From Coriobacteriales bacterium (GTDB lineage: Bacteria; Actinomycetota; Coriobacteriia; Coriobacteriales; UBA8131): a DNA stretch of 35,883 nt. Where the stretch lies: NCBI GenBank assembly GCA_031263105.1, contig JAISGJ010000236.1, forward strand, positions 1-35,883, written 5' to 3'. Under the pieces are notes generated by a model. It was not told where the DNA came from, ran no database searches, and saw only the letters and a list, made by a program, of their open reading frames with translations. Positions 17,196 to 26,800 of this stretch are shown here, piece by piece (positions within the stretch are counted from its first letter, which is position 1; each line of letters begins with the position of its first letter). The position numbers were made by a program, and so were the translations under genes.

Positions 17196-18873
17196 CGTCC
17201 GGGAGGCCTTCGAGCGGATAGAGCTCTCGCTCATCCGGTCGATGGCCCGGAACCTCAGGGGGCACCGCGACTGGGAGCTCTCCGAGGGCTTCGACTGGAC
17301 GGCGTGGCAGGTCGAGCAGCACAGGAGCCTCAGGGCCTTCTCGGACGCCAACGCGAGGATGTGCCCGGAGCAGTTCGGGCGCATCAACGCGGAGATCGAC
17401 GGCCTCATACGCTCGATGCACGGGCAGGGCGGGCTCGACGAGGAGGCGGGGATACTCTCGGCGCTGAGAGGCGGCTACAGGCCCCCGAGGACGCCGCTGG
17501 ACGCCGAGGGCTTCTTCGGCGTGGACGACGCCAAGCTCCAGGCGCTCCTTGCGGCCACCAGGCAGGACATGGAGCGCGCCGAGCACGCCGTGCTGCGCTT
17601 CGCCGACGACCAGTACCGCCGCGTCATCTTCAACGCCCAGGTCTACGCCAACACCGGGGCGGCGTCGCTCCACCGGGCCGTGGACATGGCCACGAAAGAT
17701 TTTCTTTCCAAGGGCATCAGCTGCATCGAGTACTCCGACGGGCGGCGCGTCAACATCGCGTCGTACGCCGAGATGGCCGTCCGCACCGCCAACAAGCGTG
17801 CCTACGTACAGGCCCAGGGCGACATGCGGCGGCGCTGGGGCATGTCGCTCGTGGAGGTGGCCCCCAACGGCGCGGCCTGCCCCCGGTGCCTGCCGTGGCT
17901 CGGCCGGGTGCTCGTGGACGACGTGTGGTCGGGCGGCGCGCCCGACGGCAGGCACGCGCTCATGAGCGAGGCCATAGCGCAGGGGCTCTACCACCCCAAC
18001 TGCCGCGACGTGCACACCACGTGGCTCGGCGACGGGGACGACGAGGAGGCCTTCGAGTACACGGACGCGCAGCGGGAGGCCGACGAGGAGCGGTACCGCG
18101 TCGAGCAGGGCATGAGGACAACCGCGAACGGCCTGCAGCGGGCCAGGCGCCTCGAGGTGGGGTCGCTGCTGCCGGAGAACCGGGCCAGGGCCGCAGGCAC
18201 GATAGGGCGGCTGAGGGACGCCTGGAACGCCCAGGCGGCAGAGGCCCGGAAGACGGGCATCATACCGCCGGGCTTCGTGGCGGCGGGCCAGGCGTGGGAG
18301 TCCATCAAGGCCAGCGTCAGGAGCGTGTACGCGCCGAAGGGCCCCTATTATGCCACAGCCTATGAGAAGGCCGCTGCCACGATAGGGAGCCGCGACCGCA
18401 GGCTTGTAGAGGCAGAGCTGGCTCGGCGCGATCCTGAGTGGGTAAAAACCGGGAAGCCGGGAAAAACAAGCTACGACTCGGAAAAGCTCCGAGAGCAGGT
18501 TGCGACGAAGAGGGCGCATGAAGCGCTTACTTCCGAGCGGCTGAACAAGCAGGGCCTCGATTTCCACTTCATCGAAGCGACAAACACGTACAGATCAAAA
18601 ACGCTTGACGGGATGGTTGACCCGGAACACAGGCTGTGGGAGCTGAAGGCGCCGAGCGGCGACAAGCAGAGCACGATAGACAACCTGCTGCGCGACGCCA
18701 AACGGAAAGAGGCGGACTACGTTGTGATCGACAACCAGCCCGGGAGAACGGCCCTGAGCGACGCAAAGCTGGAGGAGTTCGTGCGAAGAAGCATAAAGTC
18801 CCCGTATCGAAGATTCGCCGAGGTTCTGATAGTCAGAACGAACGGCGACCTGCTCAGAATAGACGGGCAATAG
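17182..18873 (+). CDS. Minor head protein (MuF-like) with C-terminal CdiA-CT-like PD-(D/E)xK nuclease toxin domain
   Basis: Post-portal position; SYAEMAVRTA, ACPRCLPW, GLYHPNCRD; tip LDGMV...WELKAP...IDNLLRDAKRKEADYVVID of lower GC. Confidence 0.8.
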   Translation: MPAYDVREAFERIELSLIRSMARNLRGHRDWELSEGFDWTAWQVEQHRSLRAFSDANARMCPEQFGRINAEIDGLIRSMHGQGGLDEEAGILSALRGGYRPPRTPLDAEGFFGVDDAKLQALLAATRQDMERAEHAVLRFADDQYRRVIFNAQVYANTGAASLHRAVDMATKDFLSKGISCIEYSDGRRVNIASYAEMAVRTANKRAYVQAQGDMRRRWGMSLVEVAPNGAACPRCLPWLGRVLVDDVWSGGAPDGRHALMSEAIAQGLYHPNCRDVHTTWLGDGDDEEAFEYTDAQREADEERYRVEQGMRTTANGLQRARRLEVGSLLPENRARAAGTIGRLRDAWNAQAAEARKTGIIPPGFVAAGQAWESIKASVRSVYAPKGPYYATAYEKAAATIGSRDRRLVEAELARRDPEWVKTGKPGKTSYDSEKLREQVATKRAHEALTSERLNKQGLDFHFIEATNTYRSKTLDGMVDPEHRLWELKAPSGDKQSTIDNLLRDAKRKEADYVVIDNQPGRTALSDAKLEEFVRRSIKSPYRRFAEVLIVRTNGDLLRIDGQ

Positions 18874-18921
18874 AAAAGCGACAAGACGGCCATCCAAAGT
18901 TGGTCGGCGTATGTCGCTTTC
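18874..18921 (-). ncRNA. Candidate antisense-oriented hairpin sRNA A directly after the toxin stop
   Basis: Stem AAAGCGACA (18875-18883)/TGTCGCTTT (18912-18920); upstream minus-strand TGTGG-TAAGAT extended -10 (18936-18926). Confidence 0.45.
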
Positions 18922-18984
18922 GTGCATCTTACCACACATTGCCCCCTTGTGGGGCGGGGTTGTGAGACCGCACAGACGATATCG

Positions 18985-19043
18985 AAACAAAAGTTAAAGG
19001 CGGTTACAGATGAGCCGTAGGGCCCAACCGTCCGCCTTTGTGA
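18985..19043 (-). ncRNA. Candidate antisense-oriented hairpin sRNA B
   Basis: Stem AAAGGCGG (18996-19003)/CCGCCTTT (19032-19039) followed on the minus strand by TTTAACTTTTGTTT; promoter TTGCCT-N17-TAGGAT with TGTGG (19077-19049). Confidence 0.45.
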
Positions 19044-19080
19044 CACGCATCCTACCACACCTCGCATAAGGAGGCAACCC

Positions 19081-19269
19081 ATGGGCATCCAAGACCTGCT
19101 GACCGACGAGACCGCCGCGAGGTTCAAGGACCTGCCCGAGGACAAGAGGCGCAAGGTCGAACGGCGCGTGGCCGCCAGGTGCTCCATGCTGGCGGCAGGT
19201 GCGCTGGTGGCGACGGTCACCTTCGTCGCGCTGCTGGTCAAGCTCTTCGCCTTCATCGTAGGCGCGTAA
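19081..19269 (+). CDS. Small membrane protein
   Basis: AAGGAGG RBS; basic N-terminus and one C-terminal hydrophobic helix. Confidence 0.7.
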   Translation: MGIQDLLTDETAARFKDLPEDKRRKVERRVAARCSMLAAGALVATVTFVALLVKLFAFIVGA

Positions 19270-19295
19270 GGAGCGGCCCCACCTATCGGGAAACA

Positions 19296-19324
19296 GAGCC
19301 GTCTCCTCCGGAGGCGGCTTTTTT
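19296..19324 (+). terminator. Intrinsic terminator-like hairpin
   Basis: GAGCCGTCTCC-tcc-GGAGGCGGCTT plus T run. Confidence 0.7.
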
Positions 19325-19429
19325 CATGTCCGGAACATGCCTACGACACTAAAAGGCGCATGGGAGGCCGACGGGCCCGAAACGCAGGCACGCACGGCGA
19401 CGGCCGGAAAACGGAAAGGAAGGCACGCA

Positions 19430-20077
19430 ATGGCAGAGGACGGACAGGGCGCAGACGGCGCCCCGGGCGCAGGAGCGGTGGCAGGGGCGGCGACAGGCGC
19501 CCCGGGCGCACAAAGTGGCGCACAGGGCGCACAAGGCCCGCAGAGCGGCTCTGAGTGGCTCACGGACGACGCGGCGCGCAACGCCAAGATCGACCAGATC
19601 ATCGAACGCCGCGCGGCGGGCATCATCAAGGCCGCGCTCAAGGAGAACGGCATGACGGACGACGCGGACATCAAGGCCGTCATCACCGGGTACCATGCGA
19701 GCAAGAGGGCGCAGTCCGACACCGGCGCGAAGCAGGTGGCGGAGCTCGAGGCCCGGGTCGCGGCGCTGACCGCCGAGAGGCAGCAGCAGGCGCTCTCGGC
19801 AGAGGTCGCGCGAGTCGCGGCCGAGCTCGACGCCGATCCCGCGCGCATCGCCCACCTGTCAAGGCTCGCGGACCTCTCGGCGGCGCTCAAGGACGGCGAG
19901 CCCGACAAGGACGCCATCAAGGGCGCGCTGGAGAAGGTCCTGGAGGACGTGCCGGAGTTCAAGAAGACGAAGACGGGCGGCATACGCATAGGGGCCAGCG
20001 ACGACGGGGCCGGACAGGGCGCGTCGGAGCTGGAGTCTATGCTCAGGGCCGCCGGGCTCAAGACGAAAAAGGAGTAG
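19430..20077 (+). CDS. Capsid scaffolding protein
   Basis: Directly before the capsid gene; low-complexity N-terminus, coiled coil, ALEKVLEDVPEFK; AAGGAAGG RBS. Confidence 0.8.
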   Translation: MAEDGQGADGAPGAGAVAGAATGAPGAQSGAQGAQGPQSGSEWLTDDAARNAKIDQIIERRAAGIIKAALKENGMTDDADIKAVITGYHASKRAQSDTGAKQVAELEARVAALTAERQQQALSAEVARVAAELDADPARIAHLSRLADLSAALKDGEPDKDAIKGALEKVLEDVPEFKKTKTGGIRIGASDDGAGQGASELESMLRAAGLKTKKE

Positions 20078-20080
20078 GAA

Positions 20081-20971
20081 ATGCCAAACAGCATCGCATA
20101 CGCGGAGAGGTTCGTACCGGTCCTCGACGCGATCTACCAGGACGCCGCCCTCTCGGGCGCGCTCGACACCTCGGGGAACCTCCTGGGCTGGCTCGCCGGC
20201 ACAAGGGAGTTCCGCCTGGGCAGGCTCTCCATGGACGGGCTGGGCGACTACGACCGCTCGCTCGGCTACCCCGCCGGGGACGTCACCCTCGACTGGGAGA
20301 CCCATGCCCCCGACTGGGAGCGCGGGCGCATGTTCACCGTGGACTGCCTCGACAACGAGGAGTCCCTCGACCTCGTGTGGGCGAACCTCTCCGGGGAGTT
20401 CCTGCGCACCCACGTGGCGCCCGAGCTCGACGCCGTGCGCTTCGCGAAGTACGCGGCCCTCGCGGGCAACACCGTGGCCGCGCGCATCGCCGACGCCGCC
20501 GCGCTCCTCGCCGCGCTGCGCGTCGCCACCAACACGCTCGACGAGGCGCAGGTGCCCGACACCGACCGGCTCCTGTTCGTCACCCCGTCTTTGATCGCGG
20601 GCGTCGACGACCTGGACACCACCAAGAGCCGCGCGGTCCTCTCCCGGTTCTCCTCGATCGTCCACGTCCCGCAGGCGCGCTTCTACACCGCCGTCGAGAC
20701 GCTCGACGGCAAGAGCCCCGGCGAGGAGGCGGGCGGCTACGCAAAGGCCGACGGCGCCGAGGACGTCAACTTCCTCGTCGTCCACAGGCCCGCCGTCCTC
20801 CAGGCGCTCAGGCACGTCGCGCCCAAGATCGTCGACCCCGCCGCCAACCAGAGCGCGGACGCGTGGAAGTTCGGCTACCGGGCCTACGGCATCGCCGACG
20901 TGCAGGAGCTGAAGGCCGTCGGCCTCTACCTGCACAGCGACCTGACGCCGGCCCCGCCGGCGCAGGGCTGA
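20081..20971 (+). CDS. Major capsid protein
   Basis: MPNSIAYA, MDGLGDYDR, RGRMFTVD..DNEES, EFLRTHVAPELDAVRFAK, NQSADAWKFGYR. Confidence 0.88.
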   Translation: MPNSIAYAERFVPVLDAIYQDAALSGALDTSGNLLGWLAGTREFRLGRLSMDGLGDYDRSLGYPAGDVTLDWETHAPDWERGRMFTVDCLDNEESLDLVWANLSGEFLRTHVAPELDAVRFAKYAALAGNTVAARIADAAALLAALRVATNTLDEAQVPDTDRLLFVTPSLIAGVDDLDTTKSRAVLSRFSSIVHVPQARFYTAVETLDGKSPGEEAGGYAKADGAEDVNFLVVHRPAVLQALRHVAPKIVDPAANQSADAWKFGYRAYGIADVQELKAVGLYLHSDLTPAPPAQG

Positions 20972-20982
20972 GAGGAGCAGGC

Positions 20983-21147
20983 ATGAGACGCTACGGAACG
21001 CCGGCGCCCGGCCCCCAGGGGGCGGACGCCGCACCGAAGGGCAAGGCCGCACCGAAGGGCAAGGCCGCACCGGCCCCCAAGGAGCCGGAGGCGACGGCGG
21101 CAGTTGCCGAGGAGCCAGAAGAGGCTCCGCAGGAGCCGGAGGAGTGA
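20983..21147 (+). CDS. Small Pro/Ala/Glu-rich protein after the capsid gene
   Basis: GAGGAG RBS; internal 18-bp tandem repeat encoding AAPKGK. Confidence 0.6.
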   Translation: MRRYGTPAPGPQGADAAPKGKAAPKGKAAPAPKEPEATAAVAEEPEEAPQEPEE

Positions 21148-21160
21148 GGGAGGCGAGGAC

Positions 21161-21550
21161 GTGTCCCAGTACCTGACGTACCAGCAATACACAGCCATGG
21201 GCGGGCATGTCCTCGCCGAGGACGACGCCGACGGGTACCTGACGGCGGCGTCCTCGCGCGTCGACGGCCTCACCTTCAACCGCATCGTGCTGCTGGGCAT
21301 CGACGCCCTGACGCCGTTCCAGCAGGAGCTCGTCAGGCTCGGCGTCAAGGAGCAGGCCGACTTCGAGTACGAGAACGCCGACGTGATCGGGAGCGCCCTC
21401 GCCGCCTACAGCATCAACGGCGTCTCGGTGAGCTTCGGCGGCGGCCTCGGCGTCGAGGTCATAGACGGCGTGGCCGTCAGGCGCTCGGCCGCCGACGCGC
21501 TCAGGCAGACCGGCCTCATGTGCCGCTCGTTTAACTGGAGGCGGCAGTGA
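21161..21550 (+). CDS. Head-tail connector (adaptor)
   Basis: YLTYQQY, VDGLTFNRI, YSINGVSVSF, LRQTGLMCR; position. Confidence 0.75.
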   Translation: MSQYLTYQQYTAMGGHVLAEDDADGYLTAASSRVDGLTFNRIVLLGIDALTPFQQELVRLGVKEQADFEYENADVIGSALAAYSINGVSVSFGGGLGVEVIDGVAVRRSAADALRQTGLMCRSFNWRRQ

Positions 21551-21879
21551 GGTGGCCGAGGCTCGTGCGCGAGGCGAGGACGCCCTGCAAGGTGACCGTC
21601 TGGGCCGAGGGCATCGGCGAGGACGGAAGCCCCGTGGTCGCCCTCGACGCCGACCTCGTGTGCAACTACCAGTCCAGGGCGAGGACCGTCCGCACGAAGG
21701 ACGGGACGGCGGTCGAGGTGTCCGGCACGTGCCTCTTCGACGGCGACATATGCCCCGGCGTGGCCGAGCTCGCAGGCGGCGAGGTCTCCGTCTTCGGCGA
21801 GCGCCGCGCCGTGGCGCTCGGCTCGAAGGCCAGGAACCCGGACGGCACGGTCAACCACACGAGGCTGGAGCTCGTATGA
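21547..21879 (+). CDS. Head closure / completion protein
   Basis: GIGEDGSP, CNYQ, FDGDICP, KARNPDGTVNHTRLEL; position. Confidence 0.7.
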   Translation: MRWPRLVREARTPCKVTVWAEGIGEDGSPVVALDADLVCNYQSRARTVRTKDGTAVEVSGTCLFDGDICPGVAELAGGEVSVFGERRAVALGSKARNPDGTVNHTRLELV

Positions 21880-22244
21880 GGATAGACATCGACAAGGGCG
21901 CGGTGAGGGGCGTCGAGCACGCCGTGACGGCCGCCCTGGCACAGACGGCGGAGTGGATCGTCAGCGACGTCCGCAAGGCGCAGACCGTGCCGCGCGACAG
22001 GGGCGTGCTGCAGGGCGAGGCGATGCACGTGGTCGCGTCCGCCCTCGAAGGCGTCGAGATCGTGCAGTCAACCCCCTACGCCCGCCGCCTCTACCACCAT
22101 CCCGAGTACGACTTCTCCAAGGAGGCCAACCCCAACGCGGGGGCGCTCTGGTGGGAGCCGTACATCGACGGCGGGAAGCGCAGGGACGTCGAGCGCGCGT
22201 TCCTCAGGGCGTGCAGGCGCAACGGGCTGGACGTGGCCCCATGA
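21876..22244 (+). CDS. Neck / tail completion protein
   Basis: VPRDRGVLQ, STPYARRLYHHPEYDF, NPNAGALWWEPY. Confidence 0.75.
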   Translation: MRIDIDKGAVRGVEHAVTAALAQTAEWIVSDVRKAQTVPRDRGVLQGEAMHVVASALEGVEIVQSTPYARRLYHHPEYDFSKEANPNAGALWWEPYIDGGKRRDVERAFLRACRRNGLDVAP

Positions 22245-22639
22245 CGCTGACGGACATCAAGGACTGGCTGCACGGACTCCTGGGCGACGGGCCGAGCTAC
22301 TACGTCGGCGTCCTCGACAGGAAGAGGGAGCGCTCCATAGGCGTCTACCAGCTCCACAGGCGCAACGACGCCGACCCCCATGTCGGCGGCGGGGCGGCGA
22401 CCATGCGCAAGTGCGCGTCGATACTCGTCCACTGGGACCGCAGCGCCTCGTCGACCGAGGCGGTGGCGCAGACGGTCCACAGCAGGATACGCGAGGCCTA
22501 CAGGGGACAGCCCATCGGCCCGCACACGGCGGACTACGTCCGCCTGCTCGAGAACGAGCCAATCGACGTCGGACAGGACGACGCGGGCGTGTTCGAGCGG
22601 GTCATCAACATCGAGGTCTACTACAGGAAGGAACAGTGA
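22241..22639 (+). CDS. Tail terminator protein
   Basis: MTLTDIKDWL, SIGVYQ, SILVHW, EPIDVGQDDAGVFERVI; precedes the tail tube gene. Confidence 0.72.
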   Translation: MTLTDIKDWLHGLLGDGPSYYVGVLDRKRERSIGVYQLHRRNDADPHVGGGAATMRKCASILVHWDRSASSTEAVAQTVHSRIREAYRGQPIGPHTADYVRLLENEPIDVGQDDAGVFERVINIEVYYRKEQ

Positions 22640-22640
22640 A

Positions 22641-23087
22641 ATGGGACTCATCGCAGGCGGGGTCTACCCCGTGTTCGAGAACGTGTTCAAGGTCGGCGTC
22701 GAGGGCAAGGCGTCCTCCGAGTCCGACATGAAGCCGATAGCCGACGTCGAGACGTTCTCCGTCAGCTTCGACGACAACGTGGAGGAGTGGACGCCGATGA
22801 CCACCAAGGGGTGGAGGCGGGCCCTCAAGACGGGCAAGGCGTTCACCGTCTCCCTCTCCGGGAAGCGCAACATCGGCGACGAGGGCAACGACTACGTGGC
22901 CGGGCTCGCGTTCAAGACCGGGCAGGACTGCGAGACGAGGTTCGAGTGGGTGCTGCCCGACGGCACGACCGTCAAGGTCGGCTGCATCGTCAACATCACC
23001 GGCGGCGGCGGCGACAGCACCAACGTCGACGGCCTCGATTTCGAGGTCATGTCGAACGGCGAGCCGACGGTGACGGCCGCCGGATAG
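22641..23087 (+). CDS. Major tail tube protein
   Basis: GVYPVFEN, ETFSVSFD..VEEWTPM..GWRRALKTGK, GKRNIGDEGNDYVA, LDFEVMSNGEP. Confidence 0.85.
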   Translation: MGLIAGGVYPVFENVFKVGVEGKASSESDMKPIADVETFSVSFDDNVEEWTPMTTKGWRRALKTGKAFTVSLSGKRNIGDEGNDYVAGLAFKTGQDCETRFEWVLPDGTTVKVGCIVNITGGGGDSTNVDGLDFEVMSNGEPTVTAAG

Positions 23088-23158
23088 GGCGCCGCGCATC
23101 ACACGACCGGCGGGGGAGCGGACGCACCCGCCTCCCCGCCCGACATTAGGAGGCACCA

Positions 23159-23482
23159 GTGGCACGAGTGGTGGACATCACCCAGAGGCTCAGGACCGAG
23201 CCGGTCTTCTTCGTCCTGGACGGCAGGGAGTACAGGCTCAACGACGACAAGAACACGGTCCTTGCGGCCATGAAGGCCGTCCAGGACGGCGGGGACGGCG
23301 ACACGGAGGGCATGGACGAGGCGCTCGCGCTGTTCCTGGGCGAGGGTCCGGCGCGGGAGGTCGCCGAGGGCCTGTCGTTCGCCGGGTACAACGCGCTGTT
23401 CACCTCGGTCATGGCCGAGGTCACCCAGACGCCCTACGAGGAGGCCGAGGCGCGGTTTCAGCAAGAGCGGCAGGGCGGCTGA
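23159..23482 (+). CDS. Tail assembly chaperone
   Basis: Between tail tube and tape measure genes; TAGGAGG RBS, GTG start; ends EEAEARFQ. Confidence 0.75.
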   Translation: MARVVDITQRLRTEPVFFVLDGREYRLNDDKNTVLAAMKAVQDGGDGDTEGMDEALALFLGEGPAREVAEGLSFAGYNALFTSVMAEVTQTPYEEAEARFQQERQGG

Positions 23483-23810
23483 GGCGCACTACGACCTCTT
23501 CGAGGACTGGGCCCTGATCGAGGCGAGCTTCGCCCAGCAGTACGGCATCAGGCTCAGGCACGAGGACGACATGCCCTTCGGCGAGTTCGCGACGCTCCTG
23601 GGCGGCCTCAACGGCGACACGCCGCTGGGGGCGACCGTCCAAATCAGGGCCGAGAGGGACCGGAAGGCCATCAGGAAGTTCTCCCGCGAACAGCGGCGCA
23701 TCTATAACGACTGGCACCGCAGGCGCGCCAAGGCCGTCACGCGCGAGGAGTACGAGAGCGCCATGAAGGGGCTCTCGCAGGCGTTCAGAGGACTGGGAGG
23801 TGAGAAATGA
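23457..23810 (+). CDS. Gp15-like second tail chaperone frame, probably reached by +1 frameshift
   Basis: YDLFEDWALIEASFAQQYGIRL lies upstream of the first in-frame start (23571); the frame is +1 relative to the chaperone. Confidence 0.7.
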   Translation, partial: FSKSGRAAEAHYDLFEDWALIEASFAQQYGIRLRHEDDMPFGEFATLLGGLNGDTPLGATVQIRAERDRKAIRKFSREQRRIYNDWHRRRAKAVTREEYESAMKGLSQAFRGLGGEK

Positions 23811-26800
23811 GCAGCGTAGGGACCATCGACCTCGGCCTCAAGCTGGACAAGGCGGGGCTGAAGAGCCTGGCCGGGCTGAACAAACAGACGTTCAACACCG
23901 GCAACGCCAAGGCGTTCAGCGCCGAGCTGTCCGGAGTCGGCAGGAAGGCGAACGGGCTCATAGGCGCCTTCGGCAAGGTCGCCGTCGCCGCAGGGCTCGC
24001 GCTCGGGGCCGCAGCGGCCGTGAAGTTCGGCAACGAGTGCGTCAAGGCGGCATCGACCGCCCAGGGCGCGTTCATGGGCCTGCAGTCCATCCTCGCCGCG
24101 CAGGGGCGCAGCTTCGGCGACGCGAAGGGCTGGGTCGACGACTACGTCAAGGACGGCCTCGTGCCCCTGCAGAACGCCGTGACGGCCTACAAGAACCTCG
24201 CCGCGAGAGGCTACGACGACGCCCAGATACGCGGCACGCTGGAGGCGCTGAAGGACTCCGCCGCCTTCGGCCGGCAGTCGTCCTACACGCTGGGCGAGGC
24301 CGTCCAGTCCGCCACCGAGGGGCTGAAGAACGAGAACTCGATCCTCGTGGACAACGCCGGCGTGACCAAGAACGTCGCCAAGATGTGGCAGGAGTACGCA
24401 GGCTCGGTGGGCAAGACCACGGCGGAGCTCACGCAGGCCGACAGGATACAGGCCGAGTACCTGGGCATCATGAGGGAGACCGCCTTCCAGACCGGCGACG
24501 CGGCCAGATACACGCAGACCTACCAGGGGCGCGTCTCGGGCCTGTCCGCCGCGTGGCTCGACCTCAAGACCAACCTGGGCGCGATGCTCATGACGGTGCT
24601 CTCGCCGCTTGTCGGGGCGCTGCAGTCGGCGGTGTCCTGGGTCAACTCGCTCGTCACGGGCTTCATGACGCTGGTCTCGACGCTCACGGGGGTGTCCTTC
24701 TCGCTCATCGGCGAGTCGGCGGGGGGCGCCGCCTCGGGCGTGCAGGGCATAGCCGACGGCCTCGGCGAGGTCGAGGGCGCGGCCTCCGGCGCCGGGGGTG
24801 CCGCCAAGAAGGCAATGAAGGCCCTCATGGGCTTCGACAGCCTCAACGTGATGCCCGCCAAGGACGACGGGGGCGGAGGCGGCGGGAGCAGCGGAGGCGG
24901 CGGAGGGGGAGGCGGGTCCGCGCCGAAGGCCGTTGCCCCCGCCATCGACGCCGGCGGGGTGCTGGCGCAGATACAGGGCGTGTCCGAGGGCATGAAGGGC
25001 TTCTTCGACCCGATGGTGCAGGCGTGGAGCACGAAGGGCGCCGGGGTCGTCGCGTCCTTCAAGACCGCCTGGGGCGGCGTGACCGCCCTGTTCGGCGAGA
25101 TAGGCAGGAGCTTCGCGACCGTGTGGACGAACGGCACGGGGCAGCGGACGCTCGAGCTCGTATTCGGCCTCGTCACGAGCATCAACACCGCCATAGGCGG
25201 GATGACCGGCGCCTTCGCCCTCGCTTGGGCGGCGGGCGGGCGCGGCACCTCCATCGTCCAGAACGTCTGGGACGGCGTCAACAACCTGCTCTCGATAGTC
25301 GGGGGCGTGGCCGAGGAGATCGCGAAGTGGTGGAACAGCGAAGAGGGGAAGAGCTTCGCGGACGCCGTCGTCGAGACCGTCGCCAAGATATCGGACGCCT
25401 TCGAGCGCGTGACCAAGGTCATAAAGGACATCTGGGACAACGGAGGCCGCGAGACGTTCGGGCTCATCCTCGACGTCATAGGAGGGGTGATCGAGGTCGT
25501 CTCCGTCGTGATCGGCTACGTCGCCGAGCTGTCGGCGGAGCTGGCGGAGTGGGTGCAGCCCGCCGTCGAGGCCTTTTTGAACAACGTCCTGAACCCGGCG
25601 CTCGAGGCCGTCAAGGACGCCCTCAAATGGCTCACGACCGACGGGAAGCCCGTGCTCGAGGTCGTCGCCGCCCTTGTCATCGGCGTCGCCACCGCAGTGG
25701 GGATCGTGACCGCAGCGCTCAAACTGATGGCGCTCGCCCAGGCGGCGGTCAACCTGGTCATGTCGGCCAGCCCCCTGACGTGGATCGTCTTGGCCGTCGG
25801 CGCCCTGATAGCGGTCATCATCCTCCTGGTCACGCACTGGGACGAGGTCACCGCGGCGGTCAAGGGTGCGTGGGACGCGATCGTCGGGGCGTTCGGCGAC
25901 GCCGCGAAGTGGATAGACGACAACGTCGTCAAGCCCATCGTGGAGTTCTTCACCGGGCTCTGGGACGGGATCGTCAAGACCTTCAAGGGCGCGGGCAAGT
26001 GGTTCAAGGACCGCTTCACCGAGGCCTGGAAGGGGCTGACGGACGCCTTCTCCGCGATAGGCACGTGGTTCTCCGACCGCTGGAACGACGTCGTGAGGGC
26101 GCTCGCCGCCATCCCCGCCTGGTTCAGGGAGAGGTTCCAGGAGGCGTGGACGAACCTGACGCTCGTCTTCGCTGCGCTGGGCACCTGGTTCACGGACAGA
26201 TGGAACGACCTCAAGACCGCGCTCGCCGCCATCCCCACGTGGTTCAAGGAGAAGTTCCAGGCCGCGTGGACGAACCTGACGCTCGTCTTCACCGCGTTGG
26301 GCGCATGGTTCGGCACCAAATGGGGCGAGCTCAAAGACAAGCTCGCCGCCATCCCCACGTGGTTCAAGGAGCGCTTCCAGGCCGCCTGGACGAACCTCAC
26401 GGGCGTCTTCAGCGGGATCGCCGCATGGTTCGGGACGAAGTGGGGCGAGCTCAAGTCGAGGCTCGCGGAGATACCCACATGGTTCAGGGACAGGTTCAAC
26501 GCGGCGATAGAGAACATCAAGTCCGTGTTCAAGAACCTCCCGGAGTGGTTCAAAGGGGTGATCGACAAGATAGTCTCCGCGCTGAGCAACATCGGCTCGA
26601 CCATAGGCGGCGCCATCTCGCAGGGGTTCAAGACCGCCATCAACACGCTGATCGGCGGGATCGAGGGCGTCATCAACTCGGCCGTCGGCAAGATCAACGG
26701 CATAACCAGCCTGCTGGGCTTCGAGCTCGGCACGGTCGCGCTGCCCCGCCTCGCCTCCGGCGGCTACGTCGCGGCCAACACCCCGCAGCTCGCCGTCATC

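Noticed and set aside
19081..19269. Cognate immunity protein for the MuF toxin tip
   Set aside because: 207 bp from the toxin, high-GC unlike the tip, and predicted membrane-anchored; unlikely but not formally excluded.
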